The notes: generated from the letters alone by a model not told the origin. A stretch of 44,640 nt of DNA from an uncultured Candidatus Saccharibacteria bacterium (GCA_964373875.1 CAYJWH010000002.1:1-44640); one strand, 5' to 3'; shown: positions 26,985 through 40,242, counted from the first letter of the stretch. Numbers and translations are program-made.

Positions 26985-27164
26985 TACACTTCCATATTAG
27001 GAGAAAGTTAAGAATTAATCAACGGGGATGGATCAATAAAAACAGCTTCCGGTTAAGGAAGCGTTTGATTGAACTTTACTAGTGCTTGGACAATTGAGAC
27101 GGATTAGATTGACTTTTTCTTCTCAAATAGCACATCCTTAAAGCAGAACGTTGAGGAAATGAAT

Positions 27165-27626
27165 ATGCAGGCGGATATCCAAATTGCGATTGAATCACCG
27201 CGTCAGGATGACGTGATTGAACTCATCAGACTGCTTGACGAGTACCAGAATCTTCTCTATACGCCTGAGGGTAATCACCTGCTTAGCATTGATGAGCTAG
27301 ATCAGCCCAATATAAAGTTTTGGGTTGCGCGCCAAGATGGGGTAGCCATTGCCTGCGGGGCTCTGCGAACAGACAAGGAAGGATGGGGAGAAGTAAAACG
27401 AATGTTTGTCTTGCCAGTCGCACGCGGTTTGAAACTAGGACGCGGAATTTTAAACCTTATTGAGGAAGAAGCCAAACATAAAGGACTTACTTGCCTGCGT
27501 CTTGAGACCGGACCTCGCCAACCGGAAGCGTTAGGTTTATATAAAAGTGCCGGCTTTGTAGAACGCGGGCCGTTCGGAAATTATAGCGAAAGTCCATCTA
27601 GCGTATTTATGGAAAAAATATTGTAA
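27165..27626 (+). CDS. GNAT-family N-acetyltransferase
   Basis: V.P.ARG.KLGRGIL (motif A, Q/RxxGxG/A) and a LETG....A..LY...GF end. GAGGAA is 6 nt before the ATG at 27165; an alternative ATG is at 27159. Confidence 0.8.
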   Translation: MQADIQIAIESPRQDDVIELIRLLDEYQNLLYTPEGNHLLSIDELDQPNIKFWVARQDGVAIACGALRTDKEGWGEVKRMFVLPVARGLKLGRGILNLIEEEAKHKGLTCLRLETGPRQPEALGLYKSAGFVERGPFGNYSESPSSVFMEKIL

Positions 27627-27650
27627 AATGCGCGAATTCGCGCATTTTTT
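27625..27650 (+). terminator. Intrinsic terminator of the GNAT gene
   Basis: AAAATGCGCG-AATT-CGCGCATTTT, followed by TT. Confidence 0.75.
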
Positions 27651-27788
27651 ATATACCAGCAGGCAAGCAAAATATAAACTTAATAGGTCACTACATTTTG
27701 TCTAATGTACACTTTAGAGTCCGGGGCTTAAACTATCATCGAATTGAGAAGCTAAAAAAGGAGACGATTTCTATAGATGCGATAGCAA

Positions 27789-27872
27789 TTATAGATAACA
27801 GGGCATTGGTGAGACACTGCATCCCGCGAGAGCGACCGCCACGACGCCGAGCGCGAGCAACCCTCTGACCAT
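27789..27872 (-). CDS. Candidate 27-aa mini-lipoprotein
   Basis: AAGGAGG (27886-27880) lies 7 nt from the ATG. Translation: MVRGLLALGVVAVALAGCSVSPMPCYL*, with lipobox LAGC. It is not in the ORF track (<60 aa) and is GC-rich. Confidence 0.4.
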   Translation of the reverse strand: MVRGLLALGVVAVALAGCSVSPMPCYL

Positions 27873-27939
27873 GACCGCACCTCCTTTAGTACATAATCCA
27901 CTATATCAAAAAACCGCCGGCTTTTAAAACCTGGCGGTG

Positions 27940-28527
27940 TTACGAAGAAATTTTCCCAACAAGGGCGGTGGAAACACGTTCGCAAGTAAACCACTTTGCC
28001 CAAACCGGATATTCCTTGATTTCCATGCTAAAGCCAAATTCACGAGACATGAATGGCCACCATGTATCGGATTCATAAATTCCTGGGGTGTCAATAACAA
28101 ATGATCCTCCTGGTAAAATATGCTCAATCATGCAGGTCACACAACTTTTCGCTTCAGCATAATCTAAATTATACCAAAAACTATTGTATGGAATAATTAC
28201 CAGCGAAAATTTTCTTTTCAGACAAAACTGCCGCATGTCTCCGCAAATAAAGTGTATCTTGCCCCGAGCCCAACCAGGAAAATCTTGAATATTTTTCACG
28301 CCTTCCTGAAGCATGGGCATGGACGCGTCAATACCAAAAACCTCGTGACCCAAAAGTGCTAGTTGCCGCATGACTCGTCCTGCCCCGCAAGCTAATTCAA
28401 GAATAGCTTCGCCCTCCGCTACAAAGCTTCTAAAGAATTCCACTTCTCCTTGGTATATTCTGTCTAGATAGAAATTTACGTTACGAGCACGGTCGTCAGT
28501 ATATATTGGCATGTTTGACCTCAACAT
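27940..28527 (-). CDS. Class I SAM-dependent methyltransferase
   Basis: Motif I ILELACGAGR and a post-I GIDAS. I prefer the ATG at 28527; the track ORF starts at a TTG at 28536. Confidence 0.8.
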   Translation of the reverse strand: MLRSNMPIYTDDRARNVNFYLDRIYQGEVEFFRSFVAEGEAILELACGAGRVMRQLALLGHEVFGIDASMPMLQEGVKNIQDFPGWARGKIHFICGDMRQFCLKRKFSLVIIPYNSFWYNLDYAEAKSCVTCMIEHILPGGSFVIDTPGIYESDTWWPFMSREFGFSMEIKEYPVWAKWFTCERVSTALVGKISS

Positions 28528-28537
28528 TGTACTCAAA

Positions 28538-28565
28538 ACAAAATAGCATATAAGTGCTATTTTGT
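28538..28565 (-). terminator. Hairpin 3' of rpoC
   Basis: ACAAAATAGCA-TATAAG-TGCTATTTTGT, followed by TTTG on the minus strand. Confidence 0.55.
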
Positions 28566-28581
28566 AAATGTCATTGCTGGA

Positions 28582-32211
<3,630 letters not shown>

Positions 32212-32353
32212 AATTGGCTAAATTCAAAATCCAAATTTCAAAATCCAAAATAAATCAGAAATTACAATTTTCAGATTTTTAAATACGGGTTTTGCATTTT
32301 TGATTTTATTCATTGAAATTTGTTTTGGGCTTTGTACTTTGTGCTTTGGATTT

Positions 32354-35300
32354 TTATTTAACCCTAGTTTTGGCCCGCATCGGTTTAATTTCTGCGACCG
32401 GTTTTCTATCTTCCACGCGCGGCTCTCCTTTCTTGATAATTTCCACATTCAGAGCCAGACCCTTAAGCTCATTCACCAGCACGTTGAAAGAGGCGGGAAT
32501 ATTCGGACTGCGAATCGGTTCGCCGTTAATAATTGCCTCATAAGTCGCGGATCGCCCCAAAACATCGTCTGATTTGATAGTAAGCATCTCCTGCAAAGTA
32601 TGCGCCGCCCCGTATCCTTCAAGGGCCCAAACCTCCATTTCGCCAAATCTCTGCCCTCCGAATTGAGCTTTTCCTCCAAGCGGCTGCTGGGTAATGAGCG
32701 AATAAGGACCGATGGAGCGCATGTGAATTTTGTCCTCCACCAGGTGGATAAGCTTCATTATGTACATGTACCCGACTGTAACTTTCTGGTTGAATTTCTC
32801 CCCGTTTCTTCCGTCAAAAAGCGTAACCTTTCCGTCGGAAGGAAGTCCGGCAGCCACAAGTTCCTTTTTTATTTCTTCCCCCAAAACCCCGGAGAGTGCC
32901 GGAGTTATGGCGCGGTATCCTAATTTTTTTGCCGCCCACCCAAGATGCGTTTCCAAAATTTGTCCAAGATTCATACGGGAAGCGACTCCCAATGGATTTA
33001 AAATCATTTCTACTGGTGTGCCATCTTCAAGGTGGGGCATTTCTTCTTCGGGAAGGATTTTGGCAACCACTCCTTTGTTTCCATGGCGTCCGGCAAGTTT
33101 GTCTCCCACGGCAATATTTCTAAATTGAGCTATATCCACCTGAACTTGCTTTATGACTCCGGCTTCCAACTTGTCTCCTTTTTCTCTGGAAAATACTTTG
33201 ACTGCCACCACCCTTCCACCTTTGCCGTGTGAAAGACGGAGCGAGGTATCTTTTACGTCGCGCGCTTTCTCACCGAAAATGGCCCGCAGAAGTTTTTCCT
33301 CCGGAGTAAGATCCGACTCTCCTTTGGGAGAAATTTTTCCAACTAGAATATCTCCTGACCGCACTTGGGCGCCAACGCGCACTATTCCGTCCTCGTCAAG
33401 ATTCTTCAGCTTTTCTTCCCCGACATTTGGAATGTCCGGAGTGGTTACTTCCGGACCGAGTTTGGTATCGCGAACATCAATGCTAAAATCCTCGATATGG
33501 ATCGAGCTATAGCGGTTGTCTTTAAGCAATCTTTCTGAAATGATAATGGCATCCTCGTAGTTAGCACCCGCCCAGGAAAGAAAAGCCACAAGTATATTTT
33601 GGCCAAGCGCCAGTTCTCCGCTATCAGTAGAAGAGCTGTCCGCCAAAAGATCGCCTTTTTTAACCTTTTGCCTCTTTTCGACAACCGGATGCTGGCGGAT
33701 AGCGGTAAAAGCATTGGTTCTTTGGAATTGCACAAGTTCGTATACATTGAGCCGTCCGCTTTTTCCCTTGACTACGATTTTTTTACCATCAACAACCTCG
33801 ACTACCCCGTCTTCTTCCGCCACTATGGTGCGTCCGGAATCTTTGGCCGCCCGATCTTCTACTCCCGTACCGACTAAGGGAGCTTGAGGCCGGACACATG
33901 GCACTGCTTGTCTTTGCATGTTTGAACCCATCATGGCGCGATTGGCGTCATCATGTTCAAGAAAAGGGATAAGACTGGTGGCAATACTGATGGCTTGCTG
34001 CGGAGTTACGTCCATATAATCAACTTCCTCACGCTTCACTACTCCCGGACTTCCGTGGATTCTCGCTTCAACTCGATCGTCAATAATATTTCCGTCTTTG
34101 TCGCTCGAAACTCCTGCGTGAGCAATCCGATACTGAATTTCCGCGGACGCGTCCAAATACTCCACTTCTCCGGTAAGTTTGCCATCTTTTACTTTGCGGT
34201 ACGGAGTTTCAATAAGGCCCAAAGCGTTGAGCCGCGCGTATCCCGCCAAGTGCCCGACAAGACCAATGTTTGGGCCTTCTGGAGTTTGAATAGGACAAAT
34301 TCTTCCATAGTGAGAGGGATGCACGTCGCGGACTTCAAAACCGGCTCGCTCTCTTTGCAGTCCTCCCGGACCCATCGCGGAAAGCCGGCGCTTATGCTCA
34401 AGTTCGGAAAGAGGATTTACTTGATCCATAAACTGCGACAATTGGGAAGAAGTAAAGAATTCCTTTACGGCGGCCATAAAAGGCCGGGCGTTGATCAACT
34501 GAGCAGGAGTAATCGTAAACGGGTCAAGGGTCGACATCCGATCTTTGATAATTCTTGCCATTCGTGCCACTCCGACTCGAAGTTTGTTTTGCAAAAGTTC
34601 TCCCACTCCCCTGACTCTTCGATTGCCGAGGTGATCAATATCGTCAGCCGGAGCATCTCCTAATTGGTTCAAACGCGCAATTTCCCTAAGCACGTTGATC
34701 AAGTCTTCCGCTTGAAGAACTCTTGAACTATTACCCTTAGAATTGGGTAGTTTTAGACGCTGGTTGAATTTATACCGTCCCACTTCTGCCAAATCGTATC
34801 GGTCAGAACTAAACATGGATTGGATGAGTGAGCGCGCGTTATCTACGGTGGCAAGGTCTCCGGGACGAATTCTCTTGTATATTTCAATAAAAGACTCATC
34901 AGCAGTATGGGAGGGATCTTTTTCCAATGTCTTTTTTATATAGGACATGCTGCCCGGATCAAGGTCTTTGAATGCTTCCAGAATTTTTTCTGAATGAGAT
35001 AAGCCGAAAATACGCAAAAGAGAAGTCGCGGGGATCTTTCTTTTTCGGTCGATTTTTACGTTAATCGAGTCGTCAAGATCTGTTTCAAACTCAAGCCAAG
35101 CCCCGCGATTGGGAATTATTTTTGCTCCGAAATATTTTCGTCCCCGTGCCGCGTAATTTGTAAAATAAACGCCGGAGGAACGAATAAGCTGTGACACCAC
35201 TACTCTCTCCACGCCGTTTACCACAAAAGTTCCGCGAGGCGTCATCAAAGGAAAATCGCCAAGATAAATTTCCTGCTCCTTTACTTCTTTTGTTTTTTTA

Positions 35301-35575
35301 TTGGTAAGCCGGGCTTTGATGCGAAGCGGCGCCTCATACGAGAGATTTTGCGACCTTGACTGGTTTTCAGTAAATTTCGGCTCGTCCAAATAAAAATCCA
35401 CAAATTCTAAAATCAGGCCTTCGCCGGCAAAATCTTCCTTGATCGGAGATACTTCACTAAAAAGTTCCCGAAGCCCTTTATCAAAAAAATAGCTGTAGGA
35501 GTTGAGTTGTACTTCTGCCAAGTTCGGGAGTCCGGTAATCTGCGGCTTATGTTGAGAAAAATATTTTTTTGCCAT
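32354..35575 (-). CDS. rpoB: DNA-directed RNA polymerase beta subunit
   Basis: 1073 aa with the rifampicin-cluster region [13 protein letters not shown], plus GRHGNKGV and [14 protein letters not shown]. Confidence 0.98.
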   Translation of the reverse strand: MAKKYFSQHKPQITGLPNLAEVQLNSYSYFFDKGLRELFSEVSPIKEDFAGEGLILEFVDFYLDEPKFTENQSRSQNLSYEAPLRIKARLTNKKTKEVKEQEIYLGDFPLMTPRGTFVVNGVERVVVSQLIRSSGVYFTNYAARGRKYFGAKIIPNRGAWLEFETDLDDSINVKIDRKRKIPATSLLRIFGLSHSEKILEAFKDLDPGSMSYIKKTLEKDPSHTADESFIEIYKRIRPGDLATVDNARSLIQSMFSSDRYDLAEVGRYKFNQRLKLPNSKGNSSRVLQAEDLINVLREIARLNQLGDAPADDIDHLGNRRVRGVGELLQNKLRVGVARMARIIKDRMSTLDPFTITPAQLINARPFMAAVKEFFTSSQLSQFMDQVNPLSELEHKRRLSAMGPGGLQRERAGFEVRDVHPSHYGRICPIQTPEGPNIGLVGHLAGYARLNALGLIETPYRKVKDGKLTGEVEYLDASAEIQYRIAHAGVSSDKDGNIIDDRVEARIHGSPGVVKREEVDYMDVTPQQAISIATSLIPFLEHDDANRAMMGSNMQRQAVPCVRPQAPLVGTGVEDRAAKDSGRTIVAEEDGVVEVVDGKKIVVKGKSGRLNVYELVQFQRTNAFTAIRQHPVVEKRQKVKKGDLLADSSSTDSGELALGQNILVAFLSWAGANYEDAIIISERLLKDNRYSSIHIEDFSIDVRDTKLGPEVTTPDIPNVGEEKLKNLDEDGIVRVGAQVRSGDILVGKISPKGESDLTPEEKLLRAIFGEKARDVKDTSLRLSHGKGGRVVAVKVFSREKGDKLEAGVIKQVQVDIAQFRNIAVGDKLAGRHGNKGVVAKILPEEEMPHLEDGTPVEMILNPLGVASRMNLGQILETHLGWAAKKLGYRAITPALSGVLGEEIKKELVAAGLPSDGKVTLFDGRNGEKFNQKVTVGYMYIMKLIHLVEDKIHMRSIGPYSLITQQPLGGKAQFGGQRFGEMEVWALEGYGAAHTLQEMLTIKSDDVLGRSATYEAIINGEPIRSPNIPASFNVLVNELKGLALNVEIIKKGEPRVEDRKPVAEIKPMRAKTRVK

Positions 35576-36171
35576 AATTGTCGAAATTTACGAGCTTGTA
35601 GCGAAATACCTTGTATAACAGGTTCGCTCGGCCGAAATGAAAATTGATATCTTCATTTCCTCCTCGCTGCCAGTTATAAATTTCGCTACAATTATGAGCA
35701 CCCCCTCCCTTACTCTACTGCTGGCGCACAATTAAAAAAAAGAAGTTTAGCTGATATTGCCGCTTACTTTATTATTGAAACAGGGTAGTAGAGTAAGGGC
35801 GGGGTAAATATTTTGATAAATATTTAATTACACCCAAAAAGTCCCTCTGCTATTAGGGCTTGCTTAAATTTTGCGATAAGTTATCTAGTCTCGCAAATAA
35901 TAGGCCTAGATTGGCTTAAATTTTTTAGGGCAGGCAGTTCACCCAAGGACAAGCCCCTCGGCTTCGCTCGGGACAAGCAAAACAATCAATGCTAGTATAA
36001 TCTTTATCCTGCCAAATGTCAACCCCATACTTTACGAGGTGGGCTTTTTCAAAGCTTATCTTAAGTTTAGGCGTTCATGAAAGGCATGGCAAGGGGTAGG
36101 TTATCCACAGGGCTCGCTTACCTGCTTTCTCGCGGACCTTTCTCTCTATTGTAATTTACGCCTCGGTCGAG

Positions 36172-36332
36172 CCGCCTCGCTCTTGAGGGACACTCGAAAT
36201 TGCGGCAGGCCGGTCTGTCAAGGCATTCCTTATTTGCTGTCCGCAGGACATACTGCCTTGACAGCTGGCGCAATTTTGCGTGAGTCCAAAATCCCGCTGG
36301 GAATTTTGTGATGCTCCCTCAAAGTGAGGCGG
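36172..36332. other. ~160-nt nested stem structure (candidate ncRNA or MITE-like element)
   Basis: CCGCCTC/GAGGCGG (36172-78 / 36326-32); TTGAGGGA/TCCCTCAA (36183-90 / 36315-22); AAATTGCG/CGCAATTT (36197-204 / 36269-76); CTGTCAAGGCA/TGCCTTGACAG (36215-25 / 36254-64); apex TGTCC-GCA-GGACA. Confidence 0.5.
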
Positions 36333-36388
36333 TGAGGGTTCCGTGGCGAAATTGCCCTCTTCCCACTTTTATGATAACCTAAAGTAAA

Positions 36389-36724
36389 GTGGGATTTATA
36401 ACCAAACTAGTTGCTAAAGCGATCCTCAACGGTGCCGCTTTATACGTATCCAGGCTTTATCTTCCCGGATTTATCTTTTTGGGCGGGTTTGAAAGCTTGG
36501 CAGTGGGTGCTGCCGTGCTTACGGTGCTGAATGCCTTTGTTCGCCCGGTCTTGCGGCTTATTTCCACCCCCCTGATATGGATCACCTTTGGACTATTTAA
36601 TATAATAATACACGTTTTGATCCTCTGGCTTGCCGACCAATTTTTAACCCAGCTTGCCATAACCGATCTCAAAACTTTATTTTTTGCGTCGATTATCATT
36701 GCGGTTGCTAACACGTTTTTTTAA
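36389..36724 (+). CDS. Phage-holin-4-like (YvlD/DUF360-type) membrane protein
   Basis: 111 aa with a GTG start. LPG......F..A...A..L..LNAFVRP.L.L...P......GLF..I...L.LWL resembles that family from memory. Confidence 0.6.
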   Translation: MGFITKLVAKAILNGAALYVSRLYLPGFIFLGGFESLAVGAAVLTVLNAFVRPVLRLISTPLIWITFGLFNIIIHVLILWLADQFLTQLAITDLKTLFFASIIIAVANTFF

Positions 36725-36782
36725 GGGCTTGGCCTAAATTTCGGAGTCAGCAGACAAACGAAATTTAGCCGCCAAACCTTAT

Positions 36783-36818
36783 CCCCTCCTTTTGCGCTCC
36801 ACGCGCGAAAAGGAGGGG
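36783..36818. repeat. GC-rich hairpin between the holin-like gene and secG
   Basis: CCCCTCCTTTTGCGC-TCCAC-GCGCGAAAAGGAGGGG (one bulge). A second hairpin lies at 36731-36770. Confidence 0.6.
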
Positions 36819-36856
36819 GTACTAGATGTTATGAGTAAATACTTAACAACATTGGC

Positions 36857-37075
36857 ATGATCCAAATCTTAAATATCATTCAAATTGTAATTTCGGTGCT
36901 CCTAGCTGGAGCGATTTTACTGCAACGGCGTGGCGGAGGACTTTCCCCTGTATTTGGAGGCGAATCTGAAGCTTATCGAACCCGGCGAGGCCTTGAGCGT
37001 GGGCTATTTGGAGCAACCATAGTTCTCGCGTTTCTTTTTCTCGTCACTGCCGTTCTTCATATTTTACTAAGCTAG
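36857..37075 (+). CDS. secG: Preprotein translocase subunit SecG
   Basis: 72 aa with two TM helices and the central LLQ.RGGGLS..FGG motif. Confidence 0.85.
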   Translation: MIQILNIIQIVISVLLAGAILLQRRGGGLSPVFGGESEAYRTRRGLERGLFGATIVLAFLFLVTAVLHILLS

Positions 37076-37097
37076 ATCCTATTCCAATCTCGAATTG

Positions 37098-38894
37098 ATG
37101 TCATATATTTTCGGTATCAAAAAGACTCTTATAATAATTTACCGCAAAATTTTTCCCGAAAGAGATCTAATGAAACTCTTTAGATCCTGGCGGCTGCTTA
37201 GCGCCAGGAAAATTCTTTTTTTTCCCCACATACTAAAAAATCAGGAGAGGCGGCTGATGCTTGCTGGTTTATGCCTTGTACTGATTTCCGGTGGAGCTTT
37301 TTTTACACGAATATACCTAAAAAATACGGTAGTCGCGCCAGACATTGGAGAGACACACATTGAGGGTATGTTGCGCGAGCCAAGAAACATAAATCCCCTC
37401 TTTGCCACCAACGATGGCGACCGCGACATTTCCAGACTTATCTTTTCCCGACTTCTTACTTATAACGGCGAAGGGGAAGTGGGGCTTGATCTTGCCGAAA
37501 GCTACGAAATTTCCAAAGACGGAAAAATATATACCGTGCGCATGCGGCATAACGCGGTTTTTCATGATGGCAAGCCGGTAAGCGCGGACGATGTGGTGTT
37601 TACCATTAAGTCCATTCAGAATCCGCAATATAAAAGCCCCCTGCGGGCCAACTGGCAAGGAGTGGAAGTCGAAAAAATAGACGATTACGCGGTTCGTTTT
37701 TCACTTCGTTCATCCTACGCTCCTTTTATAGAAAATCTTGCCGTTGATATTCTTCCTCGGCATTTATGGGCAGAGGTGAGTCCGGATCAAGCGCCTTTGC
37801 ACGAACTAAACCTTAAGCCAGTCGGGTCAGGGCCATATAAATTCAATCGCCTGAAGCAAGCCCGAGATGGGTCAATTACAAGTTACGAACTAAAACGCAA
37901 TTCCTCTTATTACCGGGAAGGGCCATATCTTGATAAAATAAATTTTGTTTTCTTCAAAATCGAAGATGACATGCTGATCGCTTGGCAGAAAGGCCAGATA
38001 GACGGATTCGGACCATTTCCGGTCTTGCGCACAAAAGATATCCGTAATGAGTCGCAGATTATTTCCGTTATCATGCCGAGGATCTTCGGACTTTTCTTCA
38101 ATGCCAAAGAAAATTCTTCACTTGCCGACATAAAAGTAAGACAAGCCATCGCGCACGCGATAAATAAAAAAGAAGTGGCATCAACCATGCCTTCGAGCGG
38201 AGCCATCGCTATTGATTCCATGCTTCCCCTGAAAAGTCTCGGGTATACAAGCGATATTGCGATTTACCAATTTAATCCGGAAAAAAGCCGAGAGCTGCTT
38301 TTGTCGGCCGGATGGAAAGACACTGACGGGGATGGCATTCGTGAAAAAAGAACTACAAGCAAAGGAAAAACCGAAATTACTCCGCTCAAGTTTACTCTCA
38401 CGACTTCCGACTGGCCGGATCTTCTAAATACCGCGGCTATGATAGAAAAAGCTCTTAAAGACGTGGGGATTCAAATTACTGTTGAAAATCGGGAACTCTC
38501 GGACCTCGAATCATCAACAATCAGGCCCAGGAAGTTCGAAATACTGCTTTTCGGACAGGTTTACGGGTATGAACCGGATCCATTCGCGTTTTGGCATTCC
38601 TCACAGGTCAAAGATCCGGGCTTGAATGTAACTTTATACTCAAGCAAAAGCGCGGATAGAATATTGGAAGAATCCAGGCGTACGCCAAACCCCGAAACAC
38701 GCGCGGCTAAATATGAAGAGTTGCAAAAAATTATCGCCCGAGAAGTTCCGGCAGTATTTCTGTATTCACAGGTTTATCTCTACGCGATCTCCGATGACCT
38801 CCAAGGAATTGATATTAAAAAAATATCACTGCCGGCGGATCGATTTAATGAGGTGTATAAGTGGTATAAAGACACCAAAAGAGTTTGGGAATAA
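37098..38894 (+). CDS. ABC transporter substrate-binding protein, family 5 (peptide/nickel type), membrane-anchored
   Basis: ~598 aa with an N-terminal TM anchor. L..Y...G.....LA.S.E.S.DG..YT..........FHDG.P..A.DV.F is typical of SBP_bac_5. The start is ambiguous (37098 or 37170). Confidence 0.85.
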   Translation: MSYIFGIKKTLIIIYRKIFPERDLMKLFRSWRLLSARKILFFPHILKNQERRLMLAGLCLVLISGGAFFTRIYLKNTVVAPDIGETHIEGMLREPRNINPLFATNDGDRDISRLIFSRLLTYNGEGEVGLDLAESYEISKDGKIYTVRMRHNAVFHDGKPVSADDVVFTIKSIQNPQYKSPLRANWQGVEVEKIDDYAVRFSLRSSYAPFIENLAVDILPRHLWAEVSPDQAPLHELNLKPVGSGPYKFNRLKQARDGSITSYELKRNSSYYREGPYLDKINFVFFKIEDDMLIAWQKGQIDGFGPFPVLRTKDIRNESQIISVIMPRIFGLFFNAKENSSLADIKVRQAIAHAINKKEVASTMPSSGAIAIDSMLPLKSLGYTSDIAIYQFNPEKSRELLLSAGWKDTDGDGIREKRTTSKGKTEITPLKFTLTTSDWPDLLNTAAMIEKALKDVGIQITVENRELSDLESSTIRPRKFEILLFGQVYGYEPDPFAFWHSSQVKDPGLNVTLYSSKSADRILEESRRTPNPETRAAKYEELQKIIAREVPAVFLYSQVYLYAISDDLQGIDIKKISLPADRFNEVYKWYKDTKRVWE

Positions 38895-39161
38895 TGTAAT
38901 ACTTGCTCATACGAATTCTCGGCGCATGGATACTCAAAAGGAAGAGCCGATACGTCACTTCACTCATTCTCGCTCGTCCAGCGCTCGCTCCGAGGTGTTC
39001 GGCCTTTTGCCCCTCGCAACTCTGCTTGGGGACCAAGCCAAAAGACCTCACAATCCGTTCAGAGATGCATCGGCTCTTCCCATAATTGCGCTCAAGCACC
39101 TTCGACCGTATTCGCTCGTTCATTAATTCTAAACAGGGGGAAGAAGAAATGATAAGACGGC

Positions 39162-40142
39162 ATGGAAAACAATTTAAAAATAATACAAGAAGTTATACGA
39201 AAAAATAAATTGACTTCACCTTCAAGCATAACCCGCTATACAAGCGGGATCGTTCACCATACTTATGATTTGGGAAATTACGTTTTAAAGATTGAGGGGG
39301 ACGCAGATCATGCCAAGGGGGTCTTGGAGTATCAACCAGAAATCCTTAGCAAACTACTATCTATAGGTGCAAAAGTTCCTAGGGCCACTGACTCTGGAGT
39401 TATTGAGGGAAAGGAATATCTTCTGATGGAAAAATTGAGAGGAACAAACATTGTGTACGGGTGGATGGGCTTTAGCATTAAGCAAAAAGAGAACTTTATT
39501 GCACAACTTGCTGAAGAGCTCAAAAAATATCATTCAATAAGATCTTCTCAATATTCTATTCCCATTTGCTACGGTACAAGCTTCCTAAGTCCTGATGCGG
39601 CTCTTCAAGGGTTTATACATTTCGATAAAATCAATATGAAAGATTTATCAGTACAGCAAAGAGATAACATTAAATATTTAAGAAAATTTTATGAGGACAA
39701 TATCGATATTTTAAAAGAAGAGAATACTGCCGTTTTTGTCCACAACGATATACATTTGGAGAATATCTTTTATGAGAACGGTAGAATAACCGGTATAATA
39801 GATTTTGATTGGGCTTCATATGCTCCAAGCGATTACGAACTTCGGCAAATGGTGGAAACTTTTCGTTGTCCGAAGTATACCGTGCAAGAATCATTAGAGC
39901 CACTATATGAAGATTACCAGATGATCGAAGAATTCGGTTTTATGAAAAAATATTATCCGGAATTGTTCAAACAAAATAACCTCACAACTAGGGTTCGTCT
40001 ATACTATTTAAGAAAAGTTTTAGATAGGATCATTGAAACTCAGGCAGGTATATGGAAGAATAAGGAAAAGATTTTGCAAGTATTTTCTGAAGAAATGAGA
40101 GATATTTACAAAACAGACTGGCTGACGAGATTATTGACCTAA
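39162..40142 (+). CDS. Aminoglycoside-phosphotransferase (APH)/kinase-like family protein
   Basis: 326 aa with the catalytic loop VHNDIHLENIF and the metal-binding IIDFDWA. It is visibly AT-richer than flanking genes. Confidence 0.75.
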   Translation: MENNLKIIQEVIRKNKLTSPSSITRYTSGIVHHTYDLGNYVLKIEGDADHAKGVLEYQPEILSKLLSIGAKVPRATDSGVIEGKEYLLMEKLRGTNIVYGWMGFSIKQKENFIAQLAEELKKYHSIRSSQYSIPICYGTSFLSPDAALQGFIHFDKINMKDLSVQQRDNIKYLRKFYEDNIDILKEENTAVFVHNDIHLENIFYENGRITGIIDFDWASYAPSDYELRQMVETFRCPKYTVQESLEPLYEDYQMIEEFGFMKKYYPELFKQNNLTTRVRLYYLRKVLDRIIETQAGIWKNKEKILQVFSEEMRDIYKTDWLTRLLT

Positions 40143-40242
40143 CTTGCAAAAAATAATTAGTCGTGATAGCATAAGAATATAAGTATTCTCTTGTAGAGTG
40201 GTCAGACTTTCAGGACCTTTCTACAAGGGACTACTCAAATAA

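Noticed and set aside
27752-28003. 83-aa minus-strand ORF overlapping the methyltransferase 3' end
   Set aside because: It overlaps the 3' end of the methyltransferase, has no SD, and has an implausible composition. The same DNA in another frame gives an SD-preceded lipoprotein-like mini-ORF, which I consider the better (still tentative) reading.
35576-36388. RNase P RNA, tmRNA, SRP RNA or 6S RNA in the large rpoB upstream gap
   Set aside because: I saw only fragmentary resemblances: AAAAAGTCCC at about 35836 and ACAGGGCTCGCTTAC at about 36108 versus the P4 strands, and GGCCTAGAT at about 35904. The order and spacing are inconsistent. The GGUAAG/GUGAAA-type conserved regions, the tmRNA 5' GGGG / 3' CCACCA ends with a tag ORF, and the SRP GGAA tetraloop with AGCA motifs are all absent. 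The rod-like 36172-36332 element has a 6S-like shape only, which cannot be called without covariance analysis.
38713-39126. Track ORFs 38713-39126 (+), 38903-39085 (+) and 38845-39123 (-) in the gap after the solute-binding protein gene
   Set aside because: They overlap the 3' end of the SBP gene or each other, lack start-site signals, and coincide with an inverted-repeat-rich segment. They are more likely non-coding.
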